DNA of 50,954 bases from Thermoplasmata archaeon (GCA_021811925.1 JAKAPY010000001.1:1-50954), one strand, 5' to 3'; positions 27,087-36,530 are shown, counted from the stretch's first letter. Program-made: numbers and translations. Notes: generated by a model not told the origin, from the letters alone.

Positions 27087-27141
27087 ACTCAGCCTTTGCA
27101 CGTTCGGGATATTTCCGTCTGGCCCATGCCCCGAATCGTTT

Positions 27142-27537
27142 TCAGTTTCCAGCCGAAAAGAGCATCTGCCCGCCTTTTTCTTCCGTCCCTTCGCTGGCAG
27201 ACTCGTTGTTTCTCCTCACCCAATCAAGAAGTCCGGCGAGGAGTGTCCTCAGTTCATGACCCTTCTCGGTAAGATTGTATTCGACCCTGGGAGGAGTTTC
27301 AGGATATACTCTCCTGACCAGAACACCTGCTTTTTCAAGCTCCCACAACCTGTCGGAAAGACAGGCTGCGCTGATGCCCTCAATCATTCTCTTCAATTCG
27401 TTGAATCTCAGGTTGTCCCTCAGTCCCATCGCATGTATCACAGGCATCGTCCATTTCTTGCTGATCTGGTTGAAAAACCCAGAAGCGAAGGCACACTCCT
27501 TGACCGCTCCCTGATCCATTTCCATCTGCGAACTCAA
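27142..27537 (-). CDS. HxlR-family winged-helix transcriptional regulator
   Basis: The sequence ISKKWTMPVIHAMGLRDNLRFNELKRMIEGISAACLSDRLWELEKAGVLVRRVYPETPPRVEYNLTEKG is a classic HxlR pattern. Confidence 0.85.
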   Translation of the reverse strand: MSSQMEMDQGAVKECAFASGFFNQISKKWTMPVIHAMGLRDNLRFNELKRMIEGISAACLSDRLWELEKAGVLVRRVYPETPPRVEYNLTEKGHELRTLLAGLLDWVRRNNESASEGTEEKGGQMLFSAGN

Positions 27538-27630
27538 GTAAAATCACTTTATCTGGTATAAGTTTCGTATTTGGTATATAAATTGGAGTATTTGCCACAC
27601 TATTTTACTTTGCGCATCAATCACTTTTCC

Positions 27631-28155
27631 ATGGAAGGTGTAAGCGTGCGTCACGCCATTTCGACCGACGCAGCCCGGATCGCAGCGGTGCATATGGACT
27701 GCTGGCGCTCGACATACGGGGGCACAGTCGATCATGAAGGGCTGTCGGCCTTTTCCCTCGAGTCGATAGCCGCAAGGTGGAAGGAATGGATAGGAGAAAA
27801 GAAGACAAATGTGCTTGTGGCCGAGGTGGACAGGGAGAAAAGAATCGTGGGATACTGCCAGTCAGGGCCCACGAGGGACAGGGACCCGAGGTTCAGTTCC
27901 GAGGTATACTCGCTTTACATCCTGAAGGAATGCCAGAGGAAAGGGATTGGAAGGGAACTTGTCAAGCTGACAGCGTCGCAGCTTCTCACCGACGGTTTCA
28001 ATTCCGTCATGACATGGGTGCTGGCCGACAATCCTGCAAGGAAATTCTGCGAACACCTTGGCGGCACGGTGCTGGGAAGCAGGGCGGTGACAGTTGGAAG
28101 TTCGGATCTTGAGGAGATCAATTACGGATGGAGGGATCTGAAGGTTCTGTTCTGA
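27631..28155 (+). CDS. GNAT-family N-acetyltransferase
   Basis: The acetyl-CoA binding motif A is present (ILKECQRKGIGRELV), with a typical length of about 174 aa. I trimmed the start to ATG 27631 (MEGVSVRHAISTDAARI); the track start was 27571. Confidence 0.8.
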   Translation: MEGVSVRHAISTDAARIAAVHMDCWRSTYGGTVDHEGLSAFSLESIAARWKEWIGEKKTNVLVAEVDREKRIVGYCQSGPTRDRDPRFSSEVYSLYILKECQRKGIGRELVKLTASQLLTDGFNSVMTWVLADNPARKFCEHLGGTVLGSRAVTVGSSDLEEINYGWRDLKVLF

Positions 28156-28166
28156 CCAGTGCACCT

Positions 28167-29336
28167 TCAGCTGCCGGCAAACTTCATTACTGCGGGGCTC
28201 GCAGACATCCTTTTCACAGCTTCCTCCACCTTCTCCATGGGCTGTGTAACCGCAAACCTGACGTAATTACTTCCGCGGAGGCCAAACGCGATTCCGGGGG
28301 TAGCCACTATTCCTGAATCAATCATGGCCCGGACCATGTCAGCGCCATTTCCCCTGACACGCAGCCAGAGGTAGAATGTGCCCCTGGGCATTCGTGCATC
28401 GAATCCCGCCCCGACCAGCCCGCCGACCAGGCGCTTCATTCTTCTCTCAAGCTCTTCCGCATTCCTGATCAGCTCCTGCGGCCTTTCCCTGCCAGTGTAT
28501 TTCGCCAGGGCTGCAGAACCGGCGGCCTGGATGAATTTCGGAATTCCCGAGTCGATCTGCGACTTCACCTTCTTCAGCCCAGATATAAGGTGTGCGTCAC
28601 CAGCAGCGAAGCCAATCCTGAAGCCGGTCATGTTGAATGTCTTGCTCAGTGAATGGAACTCAATTAAGCCTTCCCTGGAGTGTTTCGTCTGCAGCACCGA
28701 AGGAGGGGGGTTAACACCGAAGTATTGTTCGGAGTAGGCGTTGTCATAGCAGAGTATTGAACCTTCTGCGTGCGCCGAATCCACAAATCCGTTGACATCT
28801 TCCAGGCTGGCAAATGCAGCGGTCGGGTTGTTCGGGTAATTCAGGTAGACCACCTTCAGGCCACTGTGGAAGGGCAGTTTCGGAAGGAAATTCTCGTCCA
28901 TCTCAAGCCTCACGGGCGTTCCATCCGACAGCAGGGCAGCTCCCTGAGAGTACACGGGATATCCCGGGTCAGGGACACCGACCTTTTCCCCCGGATCAAC
29001 AAACGCACGGGCGAAGTTTGCCAGCCCCTCCTTGGAGCCTATCAGGGCGCATATCTCCCTGTCCGGATCGAGCTTGACTCCGAACCTGACATCATACCAC
29101 TTTGCAACCGCTTCCCTGAAGTGCCGCTCGCCCTGGCTGGAGGAATACTGATGTGACCTCTCCTCATCCAGCGCCTTGATAAGCGCATATATGACAAACG
29201 AAGGAGGCCTGATATCTGGGTCGCCTATGCCAAGGGAGATGATATCCACGCCCTCCCTTCGCTTCTGCTCCTCCATCCTTTCGAGGTCTGCGAATATGTA
29301 CGGCGGCAGATTCTCGACCCTGCTTGCAATCCTCAC
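28167..29336 (-). CDS. dapL: Class I/II aminotransferase, probable LL-diaminopimelate aminotransferase
   Basis: The N-terminus (ENLPPYIFADLERMEEQKRREGVDIISLGIGDPD) and the PLP-lysine region (SLSKTFNMTGFRIGF) are present. It is the last gene of a dapA-dapB-lysA string, and its GTG start overlaps the lysA stop (GTGA). The specific DapL assignment rests on N-terminal similarity plus context. Confidence 0.7.
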   Translation of the reverse strand: MRIASRVENLPPYIFADLERMEEQKRREGVDIISLGIGDPDIRPPSFVIYALIKALDEERSHQYSSSQGERHFREAVAKWYDVRFGVKLDPDREICALIGSKEGLANFARAFVDPGEKVGVPDPGYPVYSQGAALLSDGTPVRLEMDENFLPKLPFHSGLKVVYLNYPNNPTAAFASLEDVNGFVDSAHAEGSILCYDNAYSEQYFGVNPPPSVLQTKHSREGLIEFHSLSKTFNMTGFRIGFAAGDAHLISGLKKVKSQIDSGIPKFIQAAGSAALAKYTGRERPQELIRNAEELERRMKRLVGGLVGAGFDARMPRGTFYLWLRVRGNGADMVRAMIDSGIVATPGIAFGLRGSNYVRFAVTQPMEKVEEAVKRMSASPAVMKFAGS

Positions 29337-30631
29337 TGCGCATCCCTCATGACTGAGGGCGGAACAATCTGCCTTCTCACAAAATCGGTCATCGTCTCCC
29401 TCTCCCTGGTGAGGTATGCCTTTCCTCCGATTATGAATGCCTCTGCCGGCATTGTCCTTGTGTTGTAGTTGCTTGCCATGGAATATCCGTACGCTCCCAC
29501 GTTCAGGAATGCAAGCAGGTCCCCCGGGGCGAGATCCGGCAGCTTCCTGTCCCTTCCCATTATGTCAGTGTTTTCACAAATCTGTCCGGTGACATTTGCG
29601 ACAATCGTCTTCGCCTTATCCATCTTGCCCGCCGGCAGTATTTCGTGGTATGCCCCGTACAGCGCAGGCCTCAGCAGAGTGTTCATTCCTGCATCGCAGC
29701 CCACGAAATTCTTTCCCGCCTTCTTCACATGAGTGACAGACGCAAGAAGCACTCCCGCATCGCATACAATGTACCTTCCGGGCTCTATGAAAAGGGTGGG
29801 GTCACCCATTGTCCTGGTCGATGCTATCCTCTCCTCAAATTTCGCGACGACCATCTGGGCCACTTCGTCGATAGGCAGTTCACTCTCCTCCTCCTGGTAA
29901 GGCACACCGAAACCGCCGCCTATGTCAATGAATTCAAACTCTATTCCAAGTCCGGAGGAAATCCTTCCGGCTATGTCCATGAGCCTTTCGGTTATTGCCG
30001 GGAAATACTCAGGGTCGAGCACGTTCGAGCCGGACATCATATGCAATCCGAACCGCCTTATCCCCGCTCCCTTTGCTCTTCTGTAGGCCCTCATCGCCTC
30101 CTCCTCCATCATTCCGAACTTTGCGTCCGGACCGGCCGTGACGAGCCCCTCATACTTGCCCTTCCCCGTTCCCGGGTTGATCCTGAATGACACCACCCCG
30201 GGCTTTCCGAACCTGAGCAGCCTCTCAAGCAGTGGCCCGTCGTCCAGGTTTATGATGGCGCCGGAATCGTAGCCGTAGCTCAGCTCCTCGTCTGTGTTGT
30301 AATTGCCTGAATAAAGCATCCGGCTGCTTTCGAAGCCGGCCATCCTCGCAAGCATTATCTCAGCGGGACATGAGCAATCCGCTCCCGCACCCTCGCTTCT
30401 CAGTATGTTGAGGGTTGTGAGGTTGTTGTTGGACTTGACTGCAAAGTTCAGCCTGAAATTCTTTCTTCTCCTGTAGAAAGTGCTGTGGATTCGCCTGTAG
30501 TTTTCCCTAATCCTTCTTTCCGAGTAGACGTAGAGAGGGGTGCCAAATATCGAGGCGAGCTCTTCTGCAGCAATACCGTCAAAAAACATCTTACCTTTTC
30601 TGTTCTCAATACAGTCTGCAAATACCAACAT
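29333..30631 (-). CDS. lysA: Diaminopimelate decarboxylase
   Basis: Fold-type III PLP decarboxylase motifs are present: FAVKSNNN (PLP Lys), HMMSGSN, GGGFGVPY and EPGRYIVCDAGVLL. Confidence 0.88.
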   Translation of the reverse strand: MLVFADCIENRKGKMFFDGIAAEELASIFGTPLYVYSERRIRENYRRIHSTFYRRRKNFRLNFAVKSNNNLTTLNILRSEGAGADCSCPAEIMLARMAGFESSRMLYSGNYNTDEELSYGYDSGAIINLDDGPLLERLLRFGKPGVVSFRINPGTGKGKYEGLVTAGPDAKFGMMEEEAMRAYRRAKGAGIRRFGLHMMSGSNVLDPEYFPAITERLMDIAGRISSGLGIEFEFIDIGGGFGVPYQEEESELPIDEVAQMVVAKFEERIASTRTMGDPTLFIEPGRYIVCDAGVLLASVTHVKKAGKNFVGCDAGMNTLLRPALYGAYHEILPAGKMDKAKTIVANVTGQICENTDIMGRDRKLPDLAPGDLLAFLNVGAYGYSMASNYNTRTMPAEAFIIGGKAYLTRERETMTDFVRRQIVPPSVMRDAQ

Positions 30632-30654
30632 AGGCAGCGCACCAGCCAGATTGC

Positions 30655-31425
30655 TTAAGCACTTATCAGGTCCGAGAGCGAATACAGGCCTTTCTCGTTC
30701 CTGTGTTCAGCCACCCATTCGACGGAGCGGACGATGCCGTCAACAAAGGCAAGGCTGCCCATCGTGGTATGCCTCAGTTCTATTTCCTCGTTTGGTGCCT
30801 CCGCCAGTATCCTGTGTTCCGAACCACCACCGTTACCCGCCCTTACGGAAAGGATCTCCAGTGCAGCCGCATTTCTTGCCCCCGGAGTAAGTTTTATCGC
30901 CAGACCGCCATAGCGCCCTGAAATCCTTGAGGCCAGGTCCTTGGCTGTTCCGCTTGGCGCGTCCTTCTTAGATGAGTTGTGCCTCTCCACTATCGAGAGG
31001 TCGAACAGATCAGGCAGCGGAAACACAAGCTCCACTATTCTTCTGAGAACAGCGATTCCCACCGAGAAATTGCTTTCAAGAACGACAGGTATTCTTTCTG
31101 CAGCCTTTCTGATTGACTGCAGCTGCGATTCACTGTGACCCGTGGCGGCAATGACGACCGGCGAGCCGGATGCCGCAGCACTGCCGATTATGGACGATGT
31201 GCCTTCCGGGCTGGAACAGTCTACAACCACCCTGCCCTCAAGTACACCTTCGAGGCTGTCCGCGTGAAGCAGGGGCACTTTCCCGTCCTGCAGGTCGGCC
31301 GTTCCGATCGGCGTGTCCCTCGACACTATGCCCGCGGCTACAGTCATGTTCCCGGGCAGGTTTCGTGCGACAGAAGATCCAAGCCTTCCCGCGAGGCCCA
31401 CGACGACCAGCTCAGTTCTCTTCAT
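30655..31425 (-). CDS. dapB: 4-hydroxy-tetrahydrodipicolinate reductase
   Basis: An N-terminal Rossmann segment is present (ELVVVGLAGRLGSSV), as is the DapB signature (ERHNSSKKDAPSGTA). I trimmed the start to ATG 31425; the track start was 31488. Confidence 0.85.
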   Translation of the reverse strand: MKRTELVVVGLAGRLGSSVARNLPGNMTVAAGIVSRDTPIGTADLQDGKVPLLHADSLEGVLEGRVVVDCSSPEGTSSIIGSAAASGSPVVIAATGHSESQLQSIRKAAERIPVVLESNFSVGIAVLRRIVELVFPLPDLFDLSIVERHNSSKKDAPSGTAKDLASRISGRYGGLAIKLTPGARNAAALEILSVRAGNGGGSEHRILAEAPNEEIELRHTTMGSLAFVDGIVRSVEWVAEHRNEKGLYSLSDLISA

Positions 31426-32449
31426 AGCAGAGTCCCTCGAGAACTTCAGCGCTGTCCAGCCTTTGCCCGATGTCCACGTCGAAAGCATCCTCGACCGGTT
31501 TCAGCAGTTCAGGATTCTGCTCAAGCGTCTTTCTCGCAGTTTCGACAATCCTCATCAGGCCCGTCCTTGTCATTCTGCCCAGAGGCCTTCTGCATCCTCC
31601 CGACGGCATCCCGAAGAGGCTCATCACCGTCTTAACAGGCAGTGGATTCCTGAACCTCAGCAGCGTCTGGCCGTATCTACCCTGATGAGTGGTCTTGACC
31701 GTCACAAGATTGAACCATGGTGAGAGAACAAGTGCAAGATTCTCAGCCCTTTCCCTGTCCCCGGACCTTATTGCGCTGACCATCCCGGAGACATGTTTCG
31801 GGAAAACGTTTGACATGACTGAAATGACACCGTTGGCAGAAATCTCCCTGTCCGTCATGACTCCGTGGGTCAATGAATCGTCCCCCGACATTATGGAATA
31901 GCCTTCCCCGCAGAGCCTCCTTGTGAGCTTCATGTTTTCAACGTCTCCGGTGGCTTCTTTCACCGTGTCCACCTGGGCATATTCGTCGTGCAGGATGGCG
32001 AGATCCTGCGGAAGAAGGTGCGTCCCTGTCCTACCTGGAATCACATAGGGCACCAGGTTTGTCCCCGGAACCGCCCTGGCAATCGGTTCGATGTATTCCT
32101 TTCTGATTTCCATTGAACTCGGGCCGTTGTAGTATGGTTCAACAAGTAGTATCGAACTGTAGCCGAGCTCCGAGGCAAGCTTGCTCGCCTCAAGCGCTTC
32201 ATCGAAATTGTTCTTGCCGCAGCTTGCCATCGCGCCAACATGGCCATTGCATACATCTCGGAAGGCGGGAAGCAGTTTCACATACTCTTCGTGGCTGAGG
32301 GCGGGCGTCTCTCCTGTGGTGCCTGCAACAAGCAGGCCGTCAATTCCATTCTCAATCTGGTAGCTGACCAGCCTTTCCATTCCTTCGGCATCCACCGAAC
32401 CGTCCTTGCTGAATGGGGTGATCATTGCAGTATAAGTCCCGGCGAGCAT
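31412..32449 (-). CDS. dapA: 4-hydroxy-tetrahydrodipicolinate synthase
   Basis: The sequence includes TAMITPFSKDGSVDAEGMERLVSYQIENGIDGLLVAGTTGETPALS and the Schiff-base lysine region VKEATGD. I trimmed the start to ATG 32449 (MLAGTYTAMITPF); the track start was 32593. It carries a C-terminal extension of about 45 aa relative to a typical DapA. Confidence 0.85.
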   Translation of the reverse strand: MLAGTYTAMITPFSKDGSVDAEGMERLVSYQIENGIDGLLVAGTTGETPALSHEEYVKLLPAFRDVCNGHVGAMASCGKNNFDEALEASKLASELGYSSILLVEPYYNGPSSMEIRKEYIEPIARAVPGTNLVPYVIPGRTGTHLLPQDLAILHDEYAQVDTVKEATGDVENMKLTRRLCGEGYSIMSGDDSLTHGVMTDREISANGVISVMSNVFPKHVSGMVSAIRSGDRERAENLALVLSPWFNLVTVKTTHQGRYGQTLLRFRNPLPVKTVMSLFGMPSGGCRRPLGRMTRTGLMRIVETARKTLEQNPELLKPVEDAFDVDIGQRLDSAEVLEGLCYEEN

Positions 32450-32544
32450 CGTATCGGCCCGTGTAGAAAGACCGCATATATAAATGGTTGCTATTTCGAT
32501 ACTCGAATTACGAAATTCGTTATGATGTCCGTAACCGAACCCGG

Positions 32545-32760
32545 TCACTCGTCCCGCTGTCCGGCCGAAAGCGCATGCAGACACACTGGACAAATGCAGT
32601 CATCGGCCATTGTGGACAATCTCTCAAGCGATTCCACCGGCACCTTCACGGATGAGCACCAGCACTTCCCGGCTGAAAGAAGGCCCTCGCACCTGAACTC
32701 CGAACCGCAGAGCCCGCATCTGAGATTTCTTGCCAATGGTATGGAAATGCACGCCGCCAT
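32545..32760 (-). CDS. Small cysteine-rich protein (CWC-type), putative
   Basis: 71 aa with the pattern CGLCGSEFRCEGLLSAGKCWC ... CICPVC. This resembles the Cys_rich_CWC family, recalled from memory and unverified. Confidence 0.45.
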   Translation of the reverse strand: MAACISIPLARNLRCGLCGSEFRCEGLLSAGKCWCSSVKVPVESLERLSTMADDCICPVCLHALSAGQRDE

Positions 32761-32793
32761 ATTCAGCCTGTTGCCTGCGCGCTGCCACTCCCT

Positions 32794-34773
32794 TCATGCA
32801 GCCCTGTCTCTCATTTTTTCGAAGAACCTGAGGGAAGCGGGGTTTGAGACAGAGCCAAGGTTGACAACCTTCTCAACAGGCTGGCCGGAGAGAATTCTTT
32901 TCACGGGCACTTCCAGTTTCTTCCCGTTGAGCGTCCTTGGAACCTCCGCTATCTGTATTATCTCGTCAGGCACATGCCGTGGAGAAAGCTCTTTTCTTAT
33001 CCTATCCCTGATTTTTTTCTTCAGCGCTTCATCCAGCATCATTCCGGCGCGAAGCACGACGAAAAGGGGGAGGAAATACTCACCATCCTCCTTCTCAAGT
33101 CCGATGGCGAGGCTGTCCTGGATTTCGGGCATGGCCTCCACACATCCGTATACTTCGCTTGTCCCTATCCTGACTCCGTGTCTCTTCAGCGTGGAATCCG
33201 ATCTGCCGTATATCACAGCACCGCCGGCAGGGCTGATCTTTACCCAGTCCCCGTGCCTCCAGACGCCTTCATACATGCTGAAATAGCTGTCCAGGTAGCG
33301 CTCGTCATTCCTGTCGTTCCAGAAGAAGACGGGCATGGACGGGAGCGGTTTTGTAATCACAAGCTCGCCCACCTGGTCGACGAGCGGCTGGCCATCATCG
33401 CCGTATGACTCAACGCTCGCCCCCAGGCCCCTGCACTGCAATTCTCCAGCCCTCACCGGCAGAAGAGGGCAGCCGAGAAGGAACGCCGTGCACACATCCG
33501 TCCCGCCGCTTACGCTTGTTACCCACATATCGGCGCCGACGTTCTCATATATCCACTGAAATCCGGACGGGGACAGCGGGCTGCCAGTGTAAGATACAGA
33601 CCTGAGAGGAGAGAGGTCAAACTCCCTGCGCGGGACTATGTGCTCCTTCATGCACGCCCCTATAAACGAAGCACTTGTCCCGAATACCGTCATGCGTGTT
33701 TCTTCCGCCAGTTTCCAAAGTACACCGATATCGGGATAGGCTGCACTTCCGTCGTAGAGTATGCTCGTTGAGCCGGCGAGCATGGCACTGACAAGCACAT
33801 TCCACATCATCCAGCTTGTTGTTGTGAACCAGAAGAACCTGTCACCTTCCTTCAGGTCAGTGTGCAGGATCATCATTTTCAGATGCTCCAGAAGTATTCC
33901 ACCGTGCCCGTGGACTATTGGCTTGGGCAGACCGGTCGTTCCCGAAGAATACAGTATCCAGAGGGGGTGTTCGAAGGGGACACGTTCAAACAGCATATCA
34001 TGGCTGCCTGATGTGCAATCATCCCAGGAAACGGATGAATCCATCTTCGCATTGCGATCGAGGTAGGGAACGAGAACGAGTCGCCTTATGCTCTTTATCG
34101 ACGACACAACCTCTGAAATCGTGTCCCTCCTGTCGTAGTCCCTGCCCCCGTATGTGTAGCCGTCGACCGCTATCAGGAGTTTCGGCTCTATCTGTTCGAA
34201 TCTGTCGATAACACTCCTGCTCCCAAGATCAGGAGAGCATCCAGACCACACAGCTCCAAGGCTGGCGGCAGCCAGAAATGATATCACAGCCGCAGGGATA
34301 TTTGGCAGGTAGCCTGCAACCCTGTCCCCCTTTCCGATCCCGATTGATTTCATGAAATGTGCCATGGCAGCGACCCTTTGCCTGAGCTCATCCCACGAGA
34401 CTTCCGCGGTGCCTCCTCGTTCCCCTTTCGCTATCATTGCGGGCCGCTGCTTGCTCTCTCTCCTGAAGAGATTCTCGGCATAGTTCAGCGTGATGCCTTT
34501 GAACCACCCCCTGGGGGGCATGTTTCTGGAAGCAAGCACTTCCGAAACAATGCCCGAATGAACAACATCCGCATATTCCATCAGATAAAGCCAGAAGTCT
34601 TCCAGCCGCAGTGTTGACCATTCCCAGAGAGAACCGTAGTCCGGAAAGTGAAGGTTCTTTTTTTCAGACAGCCAATCCATGAATGCCTTCATGTTCGAAC
34701 TGCCGGTGAAACGATCATCCGGGCTCCAGAGAAGCGTTCCTTCCTCGACTGCGGGCATGCCCTTTTCGGACAT
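32794..34773 (-). CDS. aacS: Acetoacetate-CoA ligase (acetoacetyl-CoA synthetase), ANL superfamily
   Basis: 659 aa. The N-terminal LWSPDDRF...MKAFMDWLSEKKNLHFPDYGSLWEWS is typical of acetoacetyl-CoA synthetases. The AMP-binding motif YSSGTTGLPKPIVH and the C-terminal RTLNGKKLEVPVKR are present. Confidence 0.82.
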   Translation of the reverse strand: MSEKGMPAVEEGTLLWSPDDRFTGSSNMKAFMDWLSEKKNLHFPDYGSLWEWSTLRLEDFWLYLMEYADVVHSGIVSEVLASRNMPPRGWFKGITLNYAENLFRRESKQRPAMIAKGERGGTAEVSWDELRQRVAAMAHFMKSIGIGKGDRVAGYLPNIPAAVISFLAAASLGAVWSGCSPDLGSRSVIDRFEQIEPKLLIAVDGYTYGGRDYDRRDTISEVVSSIKSIRRLVLVPYLDRNAKMDSSVSWDDCTSGSHDMLFERVPFEHPLWILYSSGTTGLPKPIVHGHGGILLEHLKMMILHTDLKEGDRFFWFTTTSWMMWNVLVSAMLAGSTSILYDGSAAYPDIGVLWKLAEETRMTVFGTSASFIGACMKEHIVPRREFDLSPLRSVSYTGSPLSPSGFQWIYENVGADMWVTSVSGGTDVCTAFLLGCPLLPVRAGELQCRGLGASVESYGDDGQPLVDQVGELVITKPLPSMPVFFWNDRNDERYLDSYFSMYEGVWRHGDWVKISPAGGAVIYGRSDSTLKRHGVRIGTSEVYGCVEAMPEIQDSLAIGLEKEDGEYFLPLFVVLRAGMMLDEALKKKIRDRIRKELSPRHVPDEIIQIAEVPRTLNGKKLEVPVKRILSGQPVEKVVNLGSVSNPASLRFFEKMRDRAA

Positions 34774-34808
34774 CCTCCAAAATATAGGGAGATCTTTAGT
34801 TAAGCTTT

Positions 34809-34855
34809 GCCCGCGGAACCACCAGAAGGTGGCAGCCTTCTGTCCGGCCGCGGGC
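34809..34855. other. GC-rich nested inverted repeat (8-bp GC clamp enclosing two mutually exclusive hairpins)
   Basis: GCCCGCGG (34809-34816) pairs with CCGCGGGC (34848-34855). Inside, CCACC-AGAA-GGTGG (34819-34832) competes with CAGAAGG (34823-34829) / CCTTCTG (34836-42). The element lies in the 174-bp gap between the htrA stop and the aacS start. Confidence 0.5.
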
Positions 34856-34947
34856 CAGGCACCAGCGGTCTTGGCATGAGGGGCTCGGGCCCGGGGGTTG
34901 AAGGGCTGAAGTCTCCAGGGCCCTCCAAAATTGTCATTGCCACAATA

Positions 34948-35841
34948 TCACTCCTCCTTCGCCTGGCTTGGAACTGCATTCAATTCAAGGTACCTGCCGC
35001 CCCTGAGTATGCCGAGCGTCACTTCCTTTCCGACTGCATCCTCTGCCAGAAGGTTGGAGAATCCATATTCTCGTGATGCGTTCCTGCCGCCGACTGTCAG
35101 CAGAATATCCCCCGGTATTAGGCCGGCCTCCTCTGCCGGGCTGCCTTTCTCCACCGACATTATAAGCAGGCCGTTTCTGCCCTGCTTCATGCTTTCGGGA
35201 AGCCTGACATAGCTCAGGCCGACTCCAAGATACGGCCTGCCCGGCGTCTTGCCTGCCAGGATGCCCTCAACCCTGCGTTCTATCCTGTTGACCGGGACTG
35301 CAATTCCTCTTGAGGAGAAAAGAGCAACATTCATGCCGACAATCTGGCCGGAAGCGTTTACGAGCGGACCACCGGAGTAACCAGGACCAACCCTGGCGTC
35401 GGTGACAATTGCCTCGTCAAGCGAAAAGTTCCACCAGCCTCCCACTCTTTTCCTGACGCCCGTTATTATGCCGGACGTTGCTCCGACTCCGCCATCGTAC
35501 GGGTTTGCCAGCGCCAGCACAAACTGCCCAACCCGCAGGCGGTCCGAATCTCCCCTCCTGATAGGATTGAGGGGTTCCGAGCACTCTATCAGCGCTATGT
35601 CAGAAGCGGTGTCGTGCCCTTTCACAATGCCCGAGAACTGCCTTCCTTCGACAGATATGTCGACTTCGTCATAATCCTCGACAACGTGGTACGCCGTGAC
35701 CGCATGTCTTTCGTCCCATGCAATTCCTGTCCCTGCATTTCCCGGTCCGCGCACAGAGAGGACTGACGGGCTTGCTTCCACCGCAACTCTTTCTATTTCA
35801 TCCGAAAAGGTCTGTAGAGTAAACAATGTCTCGCTGCTCAC
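34948..35841 (-). CDS. HtrA/DegP-type trypsin-like serine protease with C-terminal PDZ domain
   Basis: Catalytic triad contexts are present (TAYHVV, DIALIE, GYSGGPLVNASGQIVGMN). A PDZ-like C-terminus follows (GLLIMSVEKGSPAEEAGLIPGDILLTVGG). No N-terminal signal or TM segment is evident. Confidence 0.85.
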   Translation of the reverse strand: MSSETLFTLQTFSDEIERVAVEASPSVLSVRGPGNAGTGIAWDERHAVTAYHVVEDYDEVDISVEGRQFSGIVKGHDTASDIALIECSEPLNPIRRGDSDRLRVGQFVLALANPYDGGVGATSGIITGVRKRVGGWWNFSLDEAIVTDARVGPGYSGGPLVNASGQIVGMNVALFSSRGIAVPVNRIERRVEGILAGKTPGRPYLGVGLSYVRLPESMKQGRNGLLIMSVEKGSPAEEAGLIPGDILLTVGGRNASREYGFSNLLAEDAVGKEVTLGILRGGRYLELNAVPSQAKEE

Positions 35842-35909
35842 TTGTTTTCACCGCAGAGGGATAGGCGGTGTGGATACTTGTTGACGGAGATTCGGCTAAT
35901 GCAATCACG

Positions 35910-36530
35910 TCAATTCTCGAAAACGCCCGGGCCGCCGGAATGATAGTTTTGCAGCCTGTGATGTCCCTGATCGTATAGCCTGGAGATGTAGCCGACAAGC
36001 TGGTGGGAAGCTGCCACGGCCTCCGATAGGCCCTCGCCATCCAGTATCCTGCCCTCTATTACCAGTTCCTGCTGGTTGAAAATGGCATCCACCTGGATCC
36101 TGCCGCCTTCTGTTATCCATTTCAGCGTCGTCCCATTACCATCCTCTGAGTAGCCAAGCCATCTCAGGGGGCCAAACCATCGGCCCATGAGGCCGGACAC
36201 CACTCGCCCGTTCTGATAGTCCGGGAGCAGTGTACGGAGGAGAACGATCCCCGTCCTGTGCTGGCCAATCTGCCTCGCGCCCGACAGGTCCCGGCCACGT
36301 TCTGTAACAATGTAGCCGTGCTCAGTCTTGGTAAGTACACCCTGCTCCTCCAGCCTGGCAAGTATTCTGGACAGTGTTTCGGAATGTGTTCCGAGTTTTC
36401 TCTTCAAACCTTCGAATGTGAAACCGTGCAGATCCTCCTCTCCTATGACGCGCATCACTGAGGAATCCCTGTCGGCAGGAGCATATGAGCCCTCTGCCTT
36501 CCCTTCGTCATGGAAAGGCTCCATTGTCAA
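35910..36530 (-). CDS. Winged-helix transcriptional regulator with an uncharacterised C-terminal domain
   Basis: The wHTH-like region is FTFEGLKRKLGTHSETLSRILARLEEQGVLTKTEHGYIVTERG. The C-terminal part (about 120 aa) was not recognised. Confidence 0.55.
   Translation of the reverse strand: MTMEPFHDEGKAEGSYAPADRDSSVMRVIGEEDLHGFTFEGLKRKLGTHSETLSRILARLEEQGVLTKTEHGYIVTERGRDLSGARQIGQHRTGIVLLRTLLPDYQNGRVVSGLMGRWFGPLRWLGYSEDGNGTTLKWITEGGRIQVDAIFNQQELVIEGRILDGEGLSEAVAASHQLVGYISRLYDQGHHRLQNYHSGGPGVFEN

Noticed and set aside
28167-32449. The dapA-dapB-lysA-dapL string as a possible unusual lysine pathway.
   Set aside because: The aminotransferase (DapL) variant of the diaminopimelate pathway is already established in several archaea and bacteria. 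The cluster looks ordinary apart from a modest C-terminal extension on DapA.
34809-34858. tRNA-like appearance: a 7-8 bp GC acceptor-like stem followed by CCA.
   Set aside because: The element is only about 48 nt. It lacks D and T arms and has no 7-nt anticodon loop, so it is not a tRNA gene. I kept it as an unexplained structured element instead.
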